Positions 61,301 through 64,000 of a stretch of 64,000 bases of DNA are shown in pieces. Made by a program: the position numbers and the translations under genes. Below the pieces are notes generated by a model. That model was not told where the DNA came from. It saw nothing but the letters and a program-made list of their open reading frames with translations, and did no database searches. The stretch comes from Saccostrea cucullata (lineage: Eukaryota). The stretch is from the NCBI RefSeq assembly GCF_032062105.1, contig NW_026938421.1:310001-374000 (forward strand), in the 5' to 3' direction. Within the stretch, counting starts at the first letter, position 1. Every line of letters starts with the position of its first letter.

Positions 61301-63683
61301 TATTCCATCCCATCAAGCTTTGTCGGCTTTTCCTGCCAAGTATAAGTCCTACTCCTCTATGATGTCCTTCAGCTCCAGAGTACAAGATGGTCTCTCCAGA
61401 GGTTGTCTTTAGTTCACTAAAACCTGTCCATCTAACTGCAATTAGTCCCATTTTGTCCAACTTATATCTGTTAAACTGTCTTACGATGTTAGCTGTTTTT
61501 CCAATCTGGAACATTGATCTTACGTTCCAACATCAGATCTTGGTGATGTTTTTAGGTGTTTTATGGATGGTATCTGTGTTCCTTTCAGGCCATTAGGGTC
61601 CTCTGAGCTTTTCCTAATTGCCGTCATTCTCTCGAATTCCCAATGAAGGTAATCCTCATCTGGAATCTCGTATGTCGCATTTGCCCTTCCTTCAATATTT
61701 CTAATTGTTGTAACGATTTCCGTAATCAATTCTTTTATGGAAGGAGGTGATTAGCTTCAAGTCCAACCTCCAAGTTTATGTCGTGGGGGGGGGGGGGCAA
61801 CATAGTAGTTGCTAACGGTCTCCTACTTAATCCGGATTGTAGTAAGTTTTCTTCCCTAGATGAGTTGCCAACCAAGGCTTTCGAGCCTCATCTTCCCCTG
61901 CGCCCTTGCGAAGTTAGCCTGGGCCGAAAGGTACCCAGTATCCGTCTGCTTCCACGAGGAGGCATTGCATAGACTTGTTGAGGAGAGGCTATGTACTGGC
62001 AGAGGAAGACCTACAAATTGCTTCCCTTTTCGCATTGCTGCCAGCGGTGAGGGCTGAAAGCGAGAGGTGACAAGCACACAGACACCAACACCAACACACT
62101 AGACGCATCACACAAAATTTAGCAGAACAACTTCTCATACCACTGATTAAATTTTTATGATACTTTCACAGATCTTTATTACATAATGCCATTGTGAACT
62201 TGCTATCTTAATTTTTGATCTGACACTTATTTTGGGTCTCCCAGACTTTGCCATTATAATCATATGGGGGAGGGGGGTGTATCATGAAGCGAACTTAGTG
62301 CACACAGTACCCCTGATTCTCTTTTTGACAGGCGGATCTAGTCCTGATTGAGGTTCTCCAGGCACGTGGAGATGGATCAGACATTTCGTTTACTATAGAT
62401 TCCACCGTGTCCTATGTTGTTGTAGAAATACAGAATGTCAGACATGAGCAGAACTGTACACTAAAGGATCCACACGGTATTGTGCAAATCAAACCCAACA
62501 TTTATTTTGCAGCTTTTGAAGAAATACTAGTAATATAATGTCTGTTGATATTCTTGTTTCATCAACTTGTTTGTCAATAACTTACTGCGTTTTAGAAATT
62601 GTTCATACCTAGAGCATGAATCAACTGCGAGATATAAACTCCGTATGCATGTAGGTGATGAAGGTACTGTATATTGCTGCATTAGTACGGAAAGTTGACG
62701 ATTGAAACAAATTCATCACGTTTATTGTAAAGCTTGGTTGTTAGATTACCATCAACGTCTTTTTCAAGTAAAATATCCAAACATGAAACAGATGTGACAG
62801 ACTATGTAGTATCTTTTATTTCAAGGTCACCTGGATATATCGTGTCGACTGAATGGAATTTGCCATTGTTGATTAATAATACGTCATCGATATATAAAAT
62901 GTCGAGTTGGAGACCACAGCAAATGTTTTCTCTTCATGTATAAAAGAATCAAATGAAAACAAAAAAGGCCAGCTAATAATGTGACGCTAGTGATATCCTT
63001 AGGAATTCCTACAGATTAGGAAGACGTGGTCTTCAAAAACCACATAGATATTGTCAACAAGAAACTCAATCGTCTTTTAGTATCAACTGTAGAGTACTTG
63101 TGTGTACAATCAGAATGTTTTTACAAAATAATTTTGTAAATGACTAATGACAAGGTACTCAGTAAGTTATATTTACGAGTTTCATTTTTATGGTAAATGC
63201 AGCTGTCTATGATGTCAACTAAAGCAATTCTCCATATATCAAAATAAATTGTTTTTGTTACTAGTGATTTTTAATGTTTGTCCTCAGATTCTGTCGTCAT
63301 AGCAACAGATGACAATGAATCAAGTGGGTACAAAAAGAGAGCTTCCGAAAGGACTCCAAATGCAGGTAAATAGATACACGTATACATGTAGTTAACAAAT
63401 TACGCTGTTTCTGTGTTATGAAAATAAACGTAAAATAAACAAGTAATGATAAATTAAGAAGAATAATACTGAGTAATTAAAGTAGAACCATCAACAATCC
63501 CCAATGACATAAAGTATTTAAGTTTCTATGAAATAATACCTTCTGTTTATACAGGAGAGTGGTCAGTGACGTGCTCGGGCGAGCAGACGTACACCGTATT
63601 TGTCTGGGGTCTGAGTGACGTCACGTTCCAAGTCCAGTTTATGGATCTTTCTGACAATCCCACTGACGGAGACCCGTTACAGG
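55350..63683 (+). CDS. Secreted protein with VWA7/hemicentin-type post-vWA beta-sandwich region (5' part; continues beyond the window)
   Basis: Exon 55350-55469 (signal peptide, ends RLQRQ, phase 0), 62332-62476 (SFTIDSTVSYVVVEI...LKDPH), 63288-63365, 63555-63683 (GEWSVTCSGEQTYTVFVWGLSDVTFQVQF...PLQG). All GT-AG and phase-compatible. TATAAA at ~55299. The join of exon 1 to exon 2 across a 6.9-kb intron is inferred. Confidence 0.65.
55905..56555 (-). mobile_element. Decayed HINE-like element with degenerate tandem units
   Basis: GACAGACAGACCGAC microsatellite, GCTTTCGCGAAAGC palindrome, repeated AAAGCCCTATCTCTTC...TCAAAAGTTA and GTCAAGGTCA. Confidence 0.55.
58022..59087. mobile_element. Mariner-like MITE with ~200-bp TIRs inside the RTE
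   Basis: CGAGGGTTGTCCAAAAAGTTCGTGGACAATG inverted at the other end; TA TSD. Confidence 0.9.
60252..60635. mobile_element. Degenerate TIR element with 7-bp TSD inside the RTE
   Basis: TTTAACA duplicated (60245-60251 and 60636-60642). Imperfect TIRs CCAATCGGCAAATCCTC versus reverse complement GCACTCGGAGCTCCTC. Removing it rejoins RTE coding sequence. Confidence 0.65.
61907..62083 (-). ncRNA. Candidate degenerate HDV-like self-cleaving ribozyme at the RTE 5' end
   Basis: Minus strand: GCC-TCCTCGT-GGA (P3/L3), AGCAGAC (P1'), GG, CTGGG...CCCAG (P4), GCTAA (J4/2). Candidate P1 5' strand GTCTGT at 62083-62078. Confidence 0.55.
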
Positions 63684-63741
63684 GTATTGTATTTTCCTTT
63701 TCTTTTTTGATTAACCTGAACCAAAGGTTTTTGAGAACAGG

Positions 63742-63995
63742 AAAGTCCCCGTGCAATGCTGTTCCAATACAAACGTCCACATGCAATATAAAACCCAGCA
63801 CAAACGTCTCCCTTGCAATGTTGATCCATGTCCCAAGCAATGTTGATTCAATACAAACGGTCCTGTGCAATACTGATCCACACACATACTTCCCAATGCA
63901 TTGTTGTTCAAACTATGAAGGTACCCGTGCAATGCAAGACAAACGTCTTAGTGCAATGTTGAGCCAATGCAAACATCCTCATGCAATGTTGAGAG
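63742..63995 (+). repeat. Degenerate ~30-bp minisatellite in an intron
   Basis: Recurrent ACAAACGTC...TGCAATGTTGA units. Confidence 0.7.
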
Positions 63996-64000
63996 GATTG

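Larger units (their letters stand above)
56675..62083 (-). mobile_element. RTE-clade LINE, near full-length but decayed and interrupted
   Basis: APE endonuclease fragments (GDANAKVG, TWESPNGRDKNQI, SDHHLV), RT (GVRQGCVL, DLDYVDDLAL, FLYLGA), RTE C-terminus (WIGHILRR, WAPEGKRRRGRPKNTW), (TAAG)n tail. Many frameshifts. Confidence 0.93.

Overview
AT-rich, intron-rich animal genomic DNA. The repeat families (Helentron-associated HINEs with satellite cores, an RTE LINE, Tc1/mariner, Harbinger and hAT MITEs) suggest a bivalve, probably an oyster (inference). Genes were assembled by hand from splice sites and reading frame. They are the 3' end of TXNDC5 (+), a complete 32-exon WDR35/IFT121 (-), RPL30 (+), an NDUFA4/COXFA4-like gene (-), a 23-exon PHF14 (+), a tail-less claudin/PMP22-family gene (-) and the 5' part of a secreted VWA7/hemicentin-like gene (+). 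Six of these form three head-to-head pairs. Most ORF-track entries are exon fragments or noise. The most striking non-genic structure is a miniature LTR retroelement in NDUFA4-like intron 1 (30528-32475). Each ~130-bp LTR contains a tRNA-like Pol III cassette, and the element has a tRNA-His PBS and a PPT; a nested DNA transposon hides it. Other notable items: an in-frame triplicated 3' splice site in PHF14, candidate microexons and a GC-AG intron in WDR35, a HINE satellite with an RFX X-box in each full monomer, promoter-motif-rich HINEs, and an HDV-like ribozyme signature at the RTE 5' end.
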